Assembly (NCBI RefSeq): GCF_964204645.1
Contig: NC_134035.1
Coordinates: 2,108,001 to 2,172,000, forward strand
Direction of reading: 5' to 3'
Origin: Tubulanus polymorphus
Taxonomy: Eukaryota; Animalia; Nemertea
DNA length: 64,000 bases
A model generated the notes under the pieces. It saw only the letters and a program-made list of their open reading frames with translations, did no database searches and was not told the DNA's origin. The number at the start of each line of letters is the position of its first letter. The first letter of the stretch is position 1. Below, one piece after another: positions 36,001 to 49,600 of the stretch. The translations under genes and the position numbers were made by a program.

Positions 36001-38623
36001 GAAATTTACATACAGCGCCACCCGTTGGTAGTAAAACTAACCCGAGCAATACGGGTGTTAAAGAGATACGCTAGCAAACCGGCATTCTCATAATGGCAAA
36101 AAAATGTACCGGTACAATACCGGTACAGATGTTTCTCTTTTTCCAGTTTTCTTAAAGTCATTCATAAAAAGAAATTGCTTATTGACCTAGCTTCATGTTT
36201 CATGTTTCAATGATAAGTAGAAGCCTGGACCTGACTGGAGTCCACACGTTTTCACTGCTATTTGGCAGCACTTTTGAGAATATACAAGAAAAAACCAAAT
36301 CTAGAGGAATAAAGAGAAGTGAATGACCAGGATGGGAAAACTTTAGTATTATTCACTCTTGAATGTAGTAGTTGCCTGACCTCAGTTACTTGCAGGGTTG
36401 AGCACATAGAAACCACAGGGTTCCAGATCTGCGATGATATTAACTGTTTGATGCACCGCGATCATAACCACTGGGATAGACTTTAGTAGGAAATTCCAAA
36501 GTTAGCTTGCTACCTACTATAAAAATCTGACAAGACTTTTCAAGCGACAAATTTAAATATAAGAGCTAGTAGTTCTAACGAAGGGTTCAGGCAAAACCCC
36601 GTGTCATTTCTAAAAACATTTAACCGGTAATTAGAGAGTACTTGTGTAGCTTATACATCTAGAAGAGATGTTATATTTACGTTCAGGCCAAATGAAATCA
36701 TTTGATACCAGACACGACTAAGTTGTTTCTGAAACAGATAAATATAGCTATGTGGTCAGTATTGGTCAAGATTTGGTCACTTGAATAGTTGTTAGATGAA
36801 AGCCCACACCATTTCTAATTATTTGACACCAAACACGACTGTGTTGCTTCTAGAATAAACAAATTACTTTAAGGTCAGTATTGGTAAAATATTGGTCAGT
36901 TAAATAGTTGTTAGATCATAGCCCGCACCGTATCTAGTAGCTCGACGCCCAAACACGATTTTATTGCTTTACTAAACATATAAATTACATATGGTGGGTT
37001 CTAGTTAGTGGTAACTGGTCAGTACTGGTCAAGCATTGGTCAGTTAAACAATTTTTAGTTTAATGTCCACATTATATCTAGTTATTTGACACCAAATAAC
37101 TTAATTGTTTGCAAAACAGATAATTTACTATATAGCCAGTACTGGTCATGCATTGGTCAGTTGATAGACCAAGGTCCACGCCACGAGTTATTTGATACTA
37201 AACAGTATTGTGTCGTTTCGGAAAATTTATCTGTTGGGCAATTTGTGGTCAGCCCTGGTTCGTTAGTTCTTATTTTGCGGGCATTTTGTCTCGAACCACT
37301 GAAAGACTGAATTACTAATTAATTCAACAGATCATTAATTAATGGAAATGAAGATCAGTGTTAACTAAGTCCTTAGTCTGAATAAAATGTATGTGGTATT
37401 ATATGGGTGCTATGGTGCTGTACACCGAACTGTAACTTTTTATTTTCACAACTACCGTGTAATTGACTATGATGTTTTCAAGTGGTCTTAAGTACCGCTA
37501 ATAGCCGAAAGTCGTTGATTTATGTGAAATTTACATACAGCGCCACCCGTTGGTAGTAAAACTAACCCGAGCAATACGGGTGTTAAATAGATACGCTAGC
37601 AAACCGGCATTCTCATAATGAAATATTTGACTACGTTTTAGATTGTATCTCTCCACGCCAGAGGTAATCACGGATATCGGACTACAAAAGCATTCCTTGT
37701 GTAAAGCTCAACTTTGTAAATTCCTGGAAAAGCTCGCCTCGGATATTTCAATAATGATTAAACATTAATTTTCCCAACGAAAAACCTAAACAAACCAATG
37801 TACGCTTGCTTTAAGTTTGCCAATGCACTATCGTTGCTTTTTCTAGCTATTTGTACTGTTTGCCACAAAAAGATTGCATCCTCTATTACAGGAATTAAGG
37901 ATACAACTCTGGGACCAGTTAGTTTAGATTAACCATTATACAATCTGATACATGGCCAAATACACTGTTAATATGTAAAAGATCCACTATGTACACATTT
38001 CAAATTTCAAACCAAGTTTTATCACTAGAACATTACGACACAACGTTCAATTTCTCACTAGAGGTCATCTTTTTGAATTTGTTTGTACACAGTGAGTTTT
38101 CGTATCGTATTATCGTATTATCGATTCTCCGCATTTGAGTGTAACTATTCTACAAGTACAAAGTTATTTTAGCAATGAAGTTTTAATCGTCATTATTAAT
38201 GTTAACTATCCACTGGTAAACTTACTAACTTTTGGCAACTGACCTTAGATCGTGGAATAGTCTCAGGTGGCCCGCAGATCCACTCTTGATTTGTACTACT
38301 AAAGAAATATACATTATAAGACTTAACAAGTATATTAAAGTACCATTTATCTTTATATCGCGATAATTCGCGTACGTATGATTGAAAAACGATATTCTAT
38401 CGAGTCTCATGGTACTTATGATTATTGTGTATAGAATCAATAATTAGCAACCTTTAGCGGCCTAAGTTGCGGCCTAAGTTTACATCCTACCATAATTTTC
38501 CTCGAAACTCTCAGCATTATTTCAAGGGTCGGTCTTATATGAAGAAAATATATGAAGGACGTGTTCACAGGGTTAGGCCAAAAATCTTCCCCGAGAAATT
38601 CAAATTTTTACAAGCAAATATAA
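33013..38623 (+). repeat. Duplicated blocks D (33013-34018 / 37621-38623) and E (34913-36095 / 36482-37620)
   Basis: Collinear shared text. ORF-track peptides 33624-33839 and 38225-38440 are paralogous. Confidence 0.92.
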
Positions 38624-39464
38624 CAGGGGCGGATCCAGACCGTATTAGCCGTATTGCCCAATACGGTCTAGAATTGTTAAGTGCCCTTCGAAATTTCACC
38701 GGCAATATTTTTGACGGCATTATTTCAGCCACCGCTAATTCCGTGTCCGTAATCCGGGCATAATTATAAAATTAATCGGTATATACTGCTGCCGAGAAAG
38801 TGAGGAGAGATAATCATATTTGTAAAGCCTTTAATCATGATAAATTAAATAGGGCACTTTCCTTTTGCAAGGGGCACTCATGCTTTAGATGAGGGCACCT
38901 TGTCCTTGCCTTTTCAGGGAGGGCTAAAGGGGCACTCGTACTTTAGAAGAGGGCACTATACGCGGAAAATGTTGAAGAAAAGGGCACTTTTTGCCTAATT
39001 TTTAAAATTTTAGGGGCACTTTTGGTTTGGAAGATGGCACATGACATGAGGATAGATGTGAAGACGAGGCAATTTTTGCCGATTGTTAACAATGAAGGGG
39101 CACTTAGCCGTATTCTGTATAATTGTTAAGGGGCACTTTTAAAGATTATAGGGGCACTAGGCGAAGTTGGCGACAACCATTCTTTCATGGGTTCGCCAGC
39201 TTCATTTTTTATCCGCATCCGTTGAAATCTTGTCTCGAATTCGTTTATTCTGGATTGCTCTGCTAGCCTCTAGAAGCCCGCTAAAAGCCTTTAAATGGTA
39301 CCATATTTTCAAAATTTTCCGGGGGTGGGCCCCCAGACCCCCTCTAAGGACTTCGCGCCTTCGGCGCTCGCATTGACCTGGATACTGGGTGTGCCCTAAG
39401 ATCAGAAAGATGCCCTTCTATTTCCTTCCAATACTGTCTACCCATCCCCCTGGATCCGCCCCTG
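38624..39464. mobile_element. MITE / non-autonomous DNA transposon with perfect 15-bp TIRs and internal GGGCAC motifs
   Basis: CAGGGGCGGATCCAG ... CTGGATCCGCCCCTG. TSD not resolved. Confidence 0.85.
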
Positions 39465-40199
39465 TATTCCAACCCGACTAGATGTCGTATATCATATGTT
39501 GTTTTATTAGAAAGCCTCCATCTATTTATTTCGTTTAGCATGGAAGTTACGAAATATCCCCATACATTACCTGTAGCGGAGTTAGGAAGTTATCCTATGT
39601 ATGTATTGGCGTAAAGCGTAAAATCATCAGCTTCTGTAAAACTATGCACTACTAAAACGAATTAAAGGGCATATTCTTACAAGATATGTAAGACAAGATT
39701 ACTATAAGGCATGCAGATATTTCCAACAAAAAGTCATTCAAACACCATTCTTCAGGATTTCTGCCCTCTGGAAACTGCATCTCAATACAGTGTAAATTTC
39801 CTAGAAAGCAATTTGTATCAGGACTTTATTTATTGCTTGGAAATTGCACGAAAAAGCAGTAAATTTATACAAATTTCTTGATGAGTGAAAGGAGCCGTTT
39901 TAGCAAGATCATCTCACTGTGGCACTGGATTGAAAACGATTGTTTTTCTAACTTCGTTTTAGAGATAAAAATAATCGATGTCAGTCAGAAAAGAGCAGCT
40001 TGTTGATATCGGTCTAAATAAAATTTGTAGAGTTTAATTCTTATTTGATCCTTATTGCTTTATCTTCACTTTAACGTAAGGATTTGGGTCGGTATTTGGC
40101 AGTTTTTGGTCGGTGTTTATTACTACCCGATAACTCGGATGAAGTCCCATTCCGTGTTTTAGTAATTGAATTGAATTGAATTTTGTAATAAAATCGAAA

Positions 40200-40507
40200 T
40201 GAAAGCGGGCTTTATTCGTCTATTTGGTAATATTTAGCCGTTGTTCTAGGGGTAACAACAGTGTCCAGACTATTTTGCCGATAAAGCCCCTAATCACGGA
40301 CTGAAATTTCAGGAGTGATACCAAAGATTTACCCCGGAAAAGTAATCTTTTACATCGCCAGATGATCTGCTGTTCGCTCGCAGGAACTGTTAATCTCGAA
40401 TTCCGGGTCTCAAATCAAAATTGAGGTACTGTAAAAGGTTGTCACGTTCTAGCCAACTCACAATAACTGAATAAAGGACAACCTTTCGGACTACCGTCGA
40501 GCGACCA
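40200..40507 (-). ncRNA. Candidate structured RNA of unknown family, divergent from CABIN1
   Basis: Eight nested or serial stems in ~305 nt. G-U pairs favour the - strand. U-rich 3' end. Confidence 0.35.
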
Positions 40508-40652
40508 TTTATTTGAAAGAAACGGACTTTCTCGCTGAAACGTCGTATCAATCGTGGAAACGAATCAATGAAAGTTGGTTGAAATGCCTGAATCGCTGGT
40601 GTTGATCATCAATCATCAATAATGACGGCAGTTTGATTCGTAATGCGACGAT

Positions 40653-43600
40653 ATGGTAAGTATCCGAAGTTCCGGTTAAATTTGATGTGTCAAACTTTTA
40701 TAGACTGGTATTAACTTTAACCCTGGGGCTAACTCAATTCATTTCCCCCTGGTTAACATCAAACTATAAAACTCGGCCTCGGTGTTTACCCGGTAGATTG
40801 CAAGAGGCTGATGAAGAGTGTTACATGCTCGCATGAGATTCATATTTATAGGCTAATGACCGGCCAATATTTGACTGAGAAAAAGACTTTAAGAAAAGAT
40901 CAAATAACAAAGAAAGAAAATAACTAAGAAAGAAATCAATTTTCTGAGAAAAAAAAAACATAGGCCTACTTTGAAATCAATGAAGGTACATAAATTTGTA
41001 GTAAAAACAATATGAGCTATTGAAGCCGTAAGTCTTGTGTATCTACTTTAGAATTTTATATTTTTGAAGGGAATAATGTTACCTACCGGTATTAGTTATA
41101 TCGTCAGAGTTGGTACCAATATTAATAGACGACTTCTATATTTTCAGATACGAATATCTGCGTTGAATGACTCGTGCAGTAGCGCTGATGATTACAGTAA
41201 CTATGACGGCGTACTCAGAAAAACGGAAACCAAGGAAGTACAGGTACGTGTTAGGCCGACCAGTGTTCCTACGACTCCTTGATTACTTAAAAACTCCTTC
41301 TCATAGGAGCATGCTTTTAATGGTTCTTGAAACTTCTGTAATTTGAGCAAAATGTCAGAAAATCCTTATAAACTCTTCAAATTTTGAGAAATAGAAATTA
41401 GAAAAAAAGTTTGAAATTTTTGAAGTTATATACTAAATAGACTAAATCGGTAAAGTTGGGATTTCAAATTTGTTTTTACTTTATTCGGTTGTTACCATAT
41501 TTAAAAGGATAGAAATTTGCATATGAAGCAACTGAATTAACGACTTTCTGAGATAAAACAGTTACCGATTTTCAGCGTCAAACATTGATACGTTTTGGGA
41601 TGAAATAAAGGCTTGGATCGGTGCCAATACTGGATACATTAATTTGTAGCATGTTTTATCAGAGGACTGATATAATGAACTCAACATTAAACGCTGCTTA
41701 ACGTTTGATCCCTTGAAATTGTGCACATTTTGTAGGAGGCTGAAGCGATGTCTATGTACAACAAAGCTTTGAGTTTACTGATCCGAGGTGAAAGTAAAGG
41801 AGCCGAACACGAGTTCAATAACTTACTGAATTCACGACTCGTCAAAGAGGTTCGTATTCAAACTCGCAATTCGACATTTATCTATTACATTAGGCCTTGT
41901 GACCGTTCAAGAGATTGTAAAAATTTACTTTTTACAGAATGATTATGAATCATTAGTCAGCTCCTGGTTGAGATTTGACTCTAGGGTTTTTATCGTTGAT
42001 AATGGGACTAATTTTAAACTGAACCCTTTTGCTGCGCAGGACATACTGCATTTTTCGAAAAAAATATTTCAATTTCCAATTTAGTTTCTTACAAAATTGT
42101 CTTACACGTGTTATCTAATGTTTCCTCTGCGCGGGTTTAAGCTCAAAATTGATAGATGCATGACATTTATAAAACATTATACACACAGCAGGTGTCACTC
42201 ATGAGCAGCAAAGGGTTAACAGACAACTGAAAACTGGGCCTGAAATTTATAGATTTAGATCGTAAGATTTAGAAAATTACGTTCCTCGGCTGATTTGACT
42301 GAAATTTTTTATTCGCACAGGCGGAAGTTTTGCTGGACAAAACGCTCGAAGATGACATCGGAAAACTGGTTCATCCGGGCCTACCGCTGAAATACTCGGC
42401 TCATAAAAACATCGCGAGTATCGCCGCGCAGCGCAGCGATTACCGACAAGCGATAGACGCGTACTTACAGGCGGTAATCGTAGACGCTACAGATGTTACG
42501 GTTTGGTATAAAATGGGCGTGGCGGCGTTGAAAGAGCACCATTACCTGCTGGCTAAACATGCATTCTTACAGGTATTTAATTTTTTGAAATTTCATAAAT
42601 TACTGAAAGCATCTGTAGCAGGATGGGTTTGTAAGCCAACTGTAGCCAGGTTGGTTTATGGGGTGCGCCTGTAGCTGGGTCAGGTTCATTGCATGCCTGT
42701 AGCCGGGTGGGATTGTGGGGTTCCTGATGGGTTTGTAAGGCATTTGTAGCCAGGTTGGTTAATGAGGTGCCTGTACCTGTAGTTGGCTTGGTTTATTGGG
42801 TTCCTGTAGCCTGATGGGTTTGTGGGTCTTTCAAAATTTAGTTTAATTAATTTAATTCATTGTCATCCAGAGCTGCATAGTTTCCATTCAATGAAACATC
42901 GTTGAACTCTATATAACCGTACATAAATGAATATTTGGAAGGAGAACTATTGAAAGTTTAGATTTTAATGAAATATTTTCATCGCTGAAATTGATGAATG
43001 TTCATTCACTCATTTCACAGGGCTTGCAGTGCAGTCCTACTCACTGGTTATGTTTAGACAACGCGATTACTGTTCTTTACGCTTTGAACAATTACACAAG
43101 TAAGTTACAGTGCTATCATCACTCGAATAAATGACTGTACATCGCCGGGCCGAGATTCATGCAAACCAAAATATTTGGTTTAGATGCTGTGGATTGTTTC
43201 ATACTTACAATAATCGGAACAATCAAAACTTTGCGCGATTTTAATATTGAATCGTTTCATGAAACGAGAAACAGGTGAATGATTATTTTGCTTAATTTTG
43301 AAAAATGTTTCGATTTTTCTCACATCCTCAAATGTTTCAGGTTGTTTGTATTATATAAGTCGTGGTTTAGAGCGAGATCCCGGATATTTAAAAGCTTTAA
43401 CTCTTCGTCAACGTATTCATAAAGAACAGCCTTCAATACGACGATATACCGATGACTTCTTCGCAATCTGGTAAGCGTTTTGTCGCGTTAGGACCTTTGA
43501 ACGTACAGTCAACTCATGTGGAAGCAATGTCTTAGGTGGATAATCGAGGGTGGTGGATAACTGAATATCACCTAATTGACAGAACTAAATGCTTGTAATA

Positions 43601-46600
43601 AAGGGCTCAAAATTTTGATAGAGAACTGACAGTGGCAAATAATTCAGTGTTCTGAATATGGTGGAATTTTGAAGGGGTTGCATTCATCGTTAAGTGTAGG
43701 ACATCGTGACTGCTGAAGAAGCAAGGCTTTCAAACCCCCCTAAAAATACAGAAACTTAAGCTTAATTTTGGTTGGTGTAATCTTCTATTTTTCACATTAG
43801 CTCTTTGGATTTCAAAGCAATTATCAGCATAGATAGAATATTGATATCCGCTTTGGTAGGGGTAGGAGATATTTCATAAGGGGTGGCTGATTTACAGAAG
43901 GGTGGATGTAAAACTGAAATGTTCACGGTATCATCATAATCAGTTGCATGAAGCCATATTTGGTCCCAGTTAGTAGTAATAGTGTTGGGAAAGGTATCGA
44001 CACTGAAATATAGGTTTTCCATCTTGCGTTGTGTGTGATGTAACACAAAATTCAGACTCGTGCAGCTTTCATCTCGTTAATTTCAGCGACATACAAGAGT
44101 TTCAGGAGGAGCTCGATGCCGAAGAAGGTCGTGAATTCCTCGACGAAGCTTTAGCGATGAGGAATAAACAACACGAACTGAGCTGTCGGCAGCAACCTGC
44201 GAAATTAAAACTCAATTCTCCGCTAAAACAATACAGGTTTGTCGTCGTTATTTCTTTATTCAACCTAAACCAACGCGCGGCAGTATTAGCGACCAAAAAT
44301 CTACTAAGTGGAAATGGGACAGAGAAGTTCCTTCGACCGAAATCTCCACCAGGATTCAAACCCATGGACCCAGGATTCGAACCCATGGACCCAGGATTCG
44401 AACCCATGGACCCAGGATTCGAACCCATGGACCCTGGATTGACTAACGTTCTATGAAATCACTATGATGCCAAACTTGTAATGAAATGCCATGTATCCTC
44501 GTCTCAATGTCGTATTGTTATAGCTGATTGTATAGCTATATTTTATTCTGTAGCTGGAAGGAGCTCGGCGAACGTCTTCTGGAAATATACAACACTGCTG
44601 AGATGACCGGGCAGCCGATGGGTCGAACGGTAGATATATCCACATTCGTAATCGAACCACGACCCGTCGATGCGGACCGATCCGGCAAGGAGGCAGACGC
44701 CGTTGCGAAACCCGTTGTCGAATCGGCTCCTGAAGAAACTGCGGAGAAAAACGAGGAATCGTCTGCGATAGATCGAGTAGAAGTGATGGATACGGACGTG
44801 GCTGCTGTAGCGGTTGAAGGGCCAGTTACTGACGCGGACACGGCGACGAAAGTTGAAGAACCTTCTGTTACGGAGAAACCAAGTGAACCCGTCGTTGAAT
44901 CAGGTAACTACTCAACAGGGGCTAGTTTCACTACACACGCTTATTGTTGAAGTCATAGTCGAAATTGAGGTCGTGATGAGTTACTTTTTATCGCAATCTT
45001 CCCTCATTTATTAGCCTCAGGAGGTAGTTTTAATCTCAACATTCAGAATGAGGGTAAATCAATGATGTTTTCAATTTACAGGTGAAACGAGCGTCGCTGA
45101 TGTTGCAGTTGATCAAGAGTCATCGGCTCCGACTGATACACCATCGGTTAAACCTGTAGTCGATAGTGAATTCACGACTCCATCAACTCCGTCAATCGTA
45201 AACACGCCAGCAGGGGGCGACGCTACGCAACAACCCGTGTTACACAGTTTATCTCGCGCGCAGATGGCGGCGCTGATTGCCGAGGAAACGCCGACGATCC
45301 CGTCGGCGTCTGCAGTCGGCGGTCAACGCTCCGACGATCAGTCGACGAAACCGGGTCGAGGTCGTCCGAAAGGCGGAGCCAAGAGGAAGCGCTATTTATT
45401 GGAAGATTTCGACGATGGATTCGCGAAACGTCGGTCAGCTCGGGTAAATATACTGATGACGGTTTCAGGGTTCTACAGATCAGGGAAATTAGATTCGATT
45501 TTCCCTGCAGAGAAAATCAGGGACTTGTTACTCTTTTCTTGAAATTCAGGGATTTTGAATTTGTGTACAATTTTGTCGAAAATTCTTGAAAAGGGCATTC
45601 TTCCAGTCAAAAGGCAGACCTGACTATGAATACTGTGTATTTGAGAGTATTTTCTACTCTTTAAGGGCTCATTACTAGTTCATTTTCAATTAAATTACTG
45701 TTTTTCTTGTCAAAATATTCTTATTTTTGGTGAAAGCTTCTACAATTAGAGATATATCAGAAAGTCTGGTCTACCAAAGGGCAATTCTGCCAGAATGCCC
45801 TCTTCTAATTGATTTACCATATACAAAGATTTCTCTGAACTTAACTCAGTTCTGTATATTTTACTCATTGCGTAGGTGAGAAACACTCAGTCCGTCAGCG
45901 CTCAAAGTATTAACTACACGGAAATGATTGCCAAATATCTGCCAGCGAGTTTATTATCAATAATGGATACCGTAAACGATGACGCTGATGAGGAGGTGCA
46001 GTCATTACCGGCAGTCAATTCAGTCGCTCAACCTCACCACAGTAAGTGTGTCTGTAGTCGTGCAACTTTATGACATTTACAGCATTGTCTCAGAGCCGTA
46101 GACCTGATACAAGACAGAGTGTTAGAGTGTTTGTAATCTCGGGGCCAGATTGATGAGAAATATGGATAATCCGCTTAAAGAATCGTGAAAAAATGTGTAA
46201 AATCGTAAAGATGTGTCTGCCCAAAATATTTTGATTCCCTATGTGTTTATGTCGTTGAGCTCAGTATTTATGCATGAGCTTTGTTAAAGTTTAAGCAATT
46301 TCAGGTTTAATCCGTCAAGATTTTGATCAGTAACCTTTGATGTTATTGTACTTCGGTGTAGCAAAATCTGGAAAAACTATGTGTGAAAATTCTTGGTATT
46401 TCTTTTTTGAGAAAGAATGTGAAAATTCTCTTGTTCAGTGAAAAATTGCTTTCAACGTGCTTGTGGTGTGAAGTGATACTGATTATATGAACTCATGTTT
46501 TCAGATGAAACCCTGAATGCTGCGGATTCGATCAACGATTTCTCCACGCATGAAGAAAAACGCGTGAAAGATTTCCTCGAGAAACACGTTGTGAATAGCG

Positions 46601-49600
46601 GTATCGTCTCGTTGTTACTGGAATACCTGATCGCGTTAGCAAAACTGCGCAACATGAAATGGTACGGTAGTTTAATAGCTTCTCTTTATGATGCGTGAGT
46701 CTGTTTGTATGGAGCTTGTGTGTCTATACAATAAACTGAATGTCAGGTTTCCAATCATCAGACAATACAATGTAGTAGTGGCGACTACTATTACTGTAGT
46801 AGTAATAATATCTTCATTAAACGGGAATCGCTCGAATCATGAACGTGTAAATGTTCCTTTTTTTCATTACTTGTAAATCGTATTTTTGTTACATATGTTT
46901 TTTTTCTTTTTTTTCTCTCTTTCTTCTCCTTTTCAACTTGTCTCTCTTGTTTGTAACTGTAATTGTAATGTGTTCACTTTATTGTTGTATATCTGATGTT
47001 GTAATGTTTCGACAAGGATCAATGAAGTATGAATTGAATTGAATTGAATTGAATTGGTGATGTTGACCTAAATTTGGTAGTAGAATAGCATTTATATTGA
47101 CCTCTCTGCAGGAAACTGCTACATGAGTGTGAAGGCATCATTCTTGAAATGCCTCTTCATGGGGCCCAAGTGAATTGTAGGCTCAAAAGGAGGCAGCTTT
47201 TAAAAAGCTGGTTCCCATAAATGCAACTTTTTGTGATTTTTCGTCATCTAAATATAGAATGATGGGCCTAGGGCCTGTTGTACAGTTATGGCTTAGATCA
47301 TTCTAAGACTATCTTAGTTCCGTAGCCAATTTAACGAGTCTTAAGGATAAGACCCCCTTGGACTCAATAATTTTGTCTCATCTGGGCCTAACAGTCTGCT
47401 AACAAATCTGCAGCTATTGTTGTAATGACTCATGTCATGTCTCATATGAAGATGGGCCTAACAGTCTGCTTACAAATCTACAGCTATCGTAGCAATCTAT
47501 CAATAGTGTATTAATGAATATGTATATATATATATATATTTTGTAGGCCTGAAGATTTAGTAGATGTGTATGTGAAAATGTACTCGTGCAGCAGAAGACA
47601 TTACTCAAATCCTGCTTATCTCGGGTAGGCTGCTGCAGACAGCTTTCATTTCACTTGTTAATCCAGATATCAAACTGCAGTCTGGAACTACTGGCTCAAA
47701 CATTCACCATTTTAGTGTGAAGTCTTGAAAATGTGGAGATATTGAAGTATAATTGTAATTTAATTAAATAGATATTCGTGGGGAAGTCCTGAACGTAGGT
47801 TAAGCTTGAACAACAAAATTAAGAATCGTGAAATAACAAATGTCTTTAGAGGGAACAGGGTCCACACTGCTGATTGATATCTTCCTATGAAGTTAGACCC
47901 AAATCTTAGACCATTGGCTTGATTTCGTTATTTTTATTTTGCCCATTGTAGAGAAGATGTCAGCTACGAACGCGTCAGAGAAATGAGTTTGGTATGTGTA
48001 TTTTCTATTTCAATTCAGTGAATACTTATTTGATTTGAATCAATCAGAATGGAAAAGAAACAACTCACTGGAAAGAAAAACCAATATTGCGCTTGTAATA
48101 ATGGTTGGAGATTGTGTTGTTGAAGTGGAAATTGTTGTTAATTATTTCAGATGATTCTCGTTTGGTGCGAACTGAAACTGGATCGCTGGACGAACGACAA
48201 AGTTCGCATTTCACCGAGCGAATCACATAAGAAGTAAGTGTTTGACGAAGTTTATCTGAGAGGGAAGGACATAGGGGGAGAAAGGGAGAGAGGGGGAGTG
48301 CCCCCTCATTGAAGACATGAAATGCAATGATCTGAATGAAAATCTCGATTTTCTGATATTTCATTCACCATCAAATTCTTAATTTGAATTTTTCACTGAA
48401 TTTTTTATGTAAATGATATTATTTTTAGAAGCCCAGGAATGCCATCGTTTAAATTAGGACCTGATTTTCCGGGCCCTCATTACGTCACTGATATGCACTA
48501 CATCGCCGAGTTGACTTGTTACATGGATATCATGGCAGACGTTTGGACCGAATTCGCTGTTAGAGGTGCGTCTTCAAAATGGCTTTTATCAATGATGGTC
48601 AAATACTTTGGTTTACAATGGCAATAGAGTCATGGTTGAATCTCTTCACTTTAGCAATGGTTATCGAGTCATTGTTGAATCTCGGCACTATTGAACAATG
48701 TTTCTTGTCTTTCTTCATAGTGAACTGGTTACAAGCAAGATTTCTGATGTTACAAGGCAAAGTCGATGCAGCGCTGAATACTTTCGATCAGGTCAGTGTT
48801 CATTGTATTAGGGAGGGGCATTCATAAAGTACATATACCTCCATTGTGAGAGGGGGGTAAAAATTAGCTACTTCTCTCAGTGTTTTAATTAACAAATTGA
48901 CAAGTCAGGTCAGAATATGGTAATCTTGAGACGCAATATAGGGTATTTCAAAATTGATGTAGCACTCGCAGTTTAAGTCCAGAGGAGACAAAACTTCTTG
49001 TTGAAGAATAGAAGAAAATAAACAATGAATTCTTTATGATATTATTTGCACCTGCCGTCTAATAACATCTAAATTTAAAATCCTTCAAAATCTGAATCAT
49101 CAATTTGCAAATCATCATATACATCATATACCGGTACATTACAAACGACAGACGGGTCTGGGACCTGGCTCTTATTGAAAATACAGTCTCTCTAATATAT
49201 CTACTGCTTAAACTGTATCTTAAAACTTTTAAACAAGCTGTTTTATCGATTGTTCAGTTGACTGCGCTGCTGAATCACGCCAGAGAAACCGAACCCGGCC
49301 GCGAAATCGTACGACTTTACAACTGTAAAACGGAATTCGTCGTAAACGAAGACGAAGTCAAGAAACAACTCGACTCGTTGCGACGATCTCAGTCTCTCGA
49401 CGAGGTACAGAAACTGTACGCCCTCGAACAGTACAAAGATGTCGTCGATCTGATTCTACCGACGTTCAACGAAAAACTACACAAACACAATCAGGTACGA
49501 CAATGATGATACAGTAGACTCCTCTCTAGTTTTTACCGGTCAGATTAGTAAACCTCTCTGGTGGCGTGTGGAATTTTATTAGAATTGATATTTCAAAACG

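Larger units (their letters stand above)
29141..37620. mobile_element. Large non-autonomous foldback-like DNA element with CATTATGAG...CTCATAATG termini and inverted subterminal satellites
   Basis: The left end CATTATGAGTTTTCCGGTTTGCT is inverted-homologous to the right ends AGCAAACCGGCATTCTCATAATG (ending 36095 and 37620). Its flanks join to give the sequence at 33001-33024. Confidence 0.65.

Noticed and set aside
40200-40507. Assignment of the structured region as telomerase RNA, RNase MRP, 7SK or vault RNA
   Set aside because: No CUAACCCU template, no GAAAGUCCCC motif, no paired GAUC 5' stem, and only weak A/B-box matches; left unassigned.
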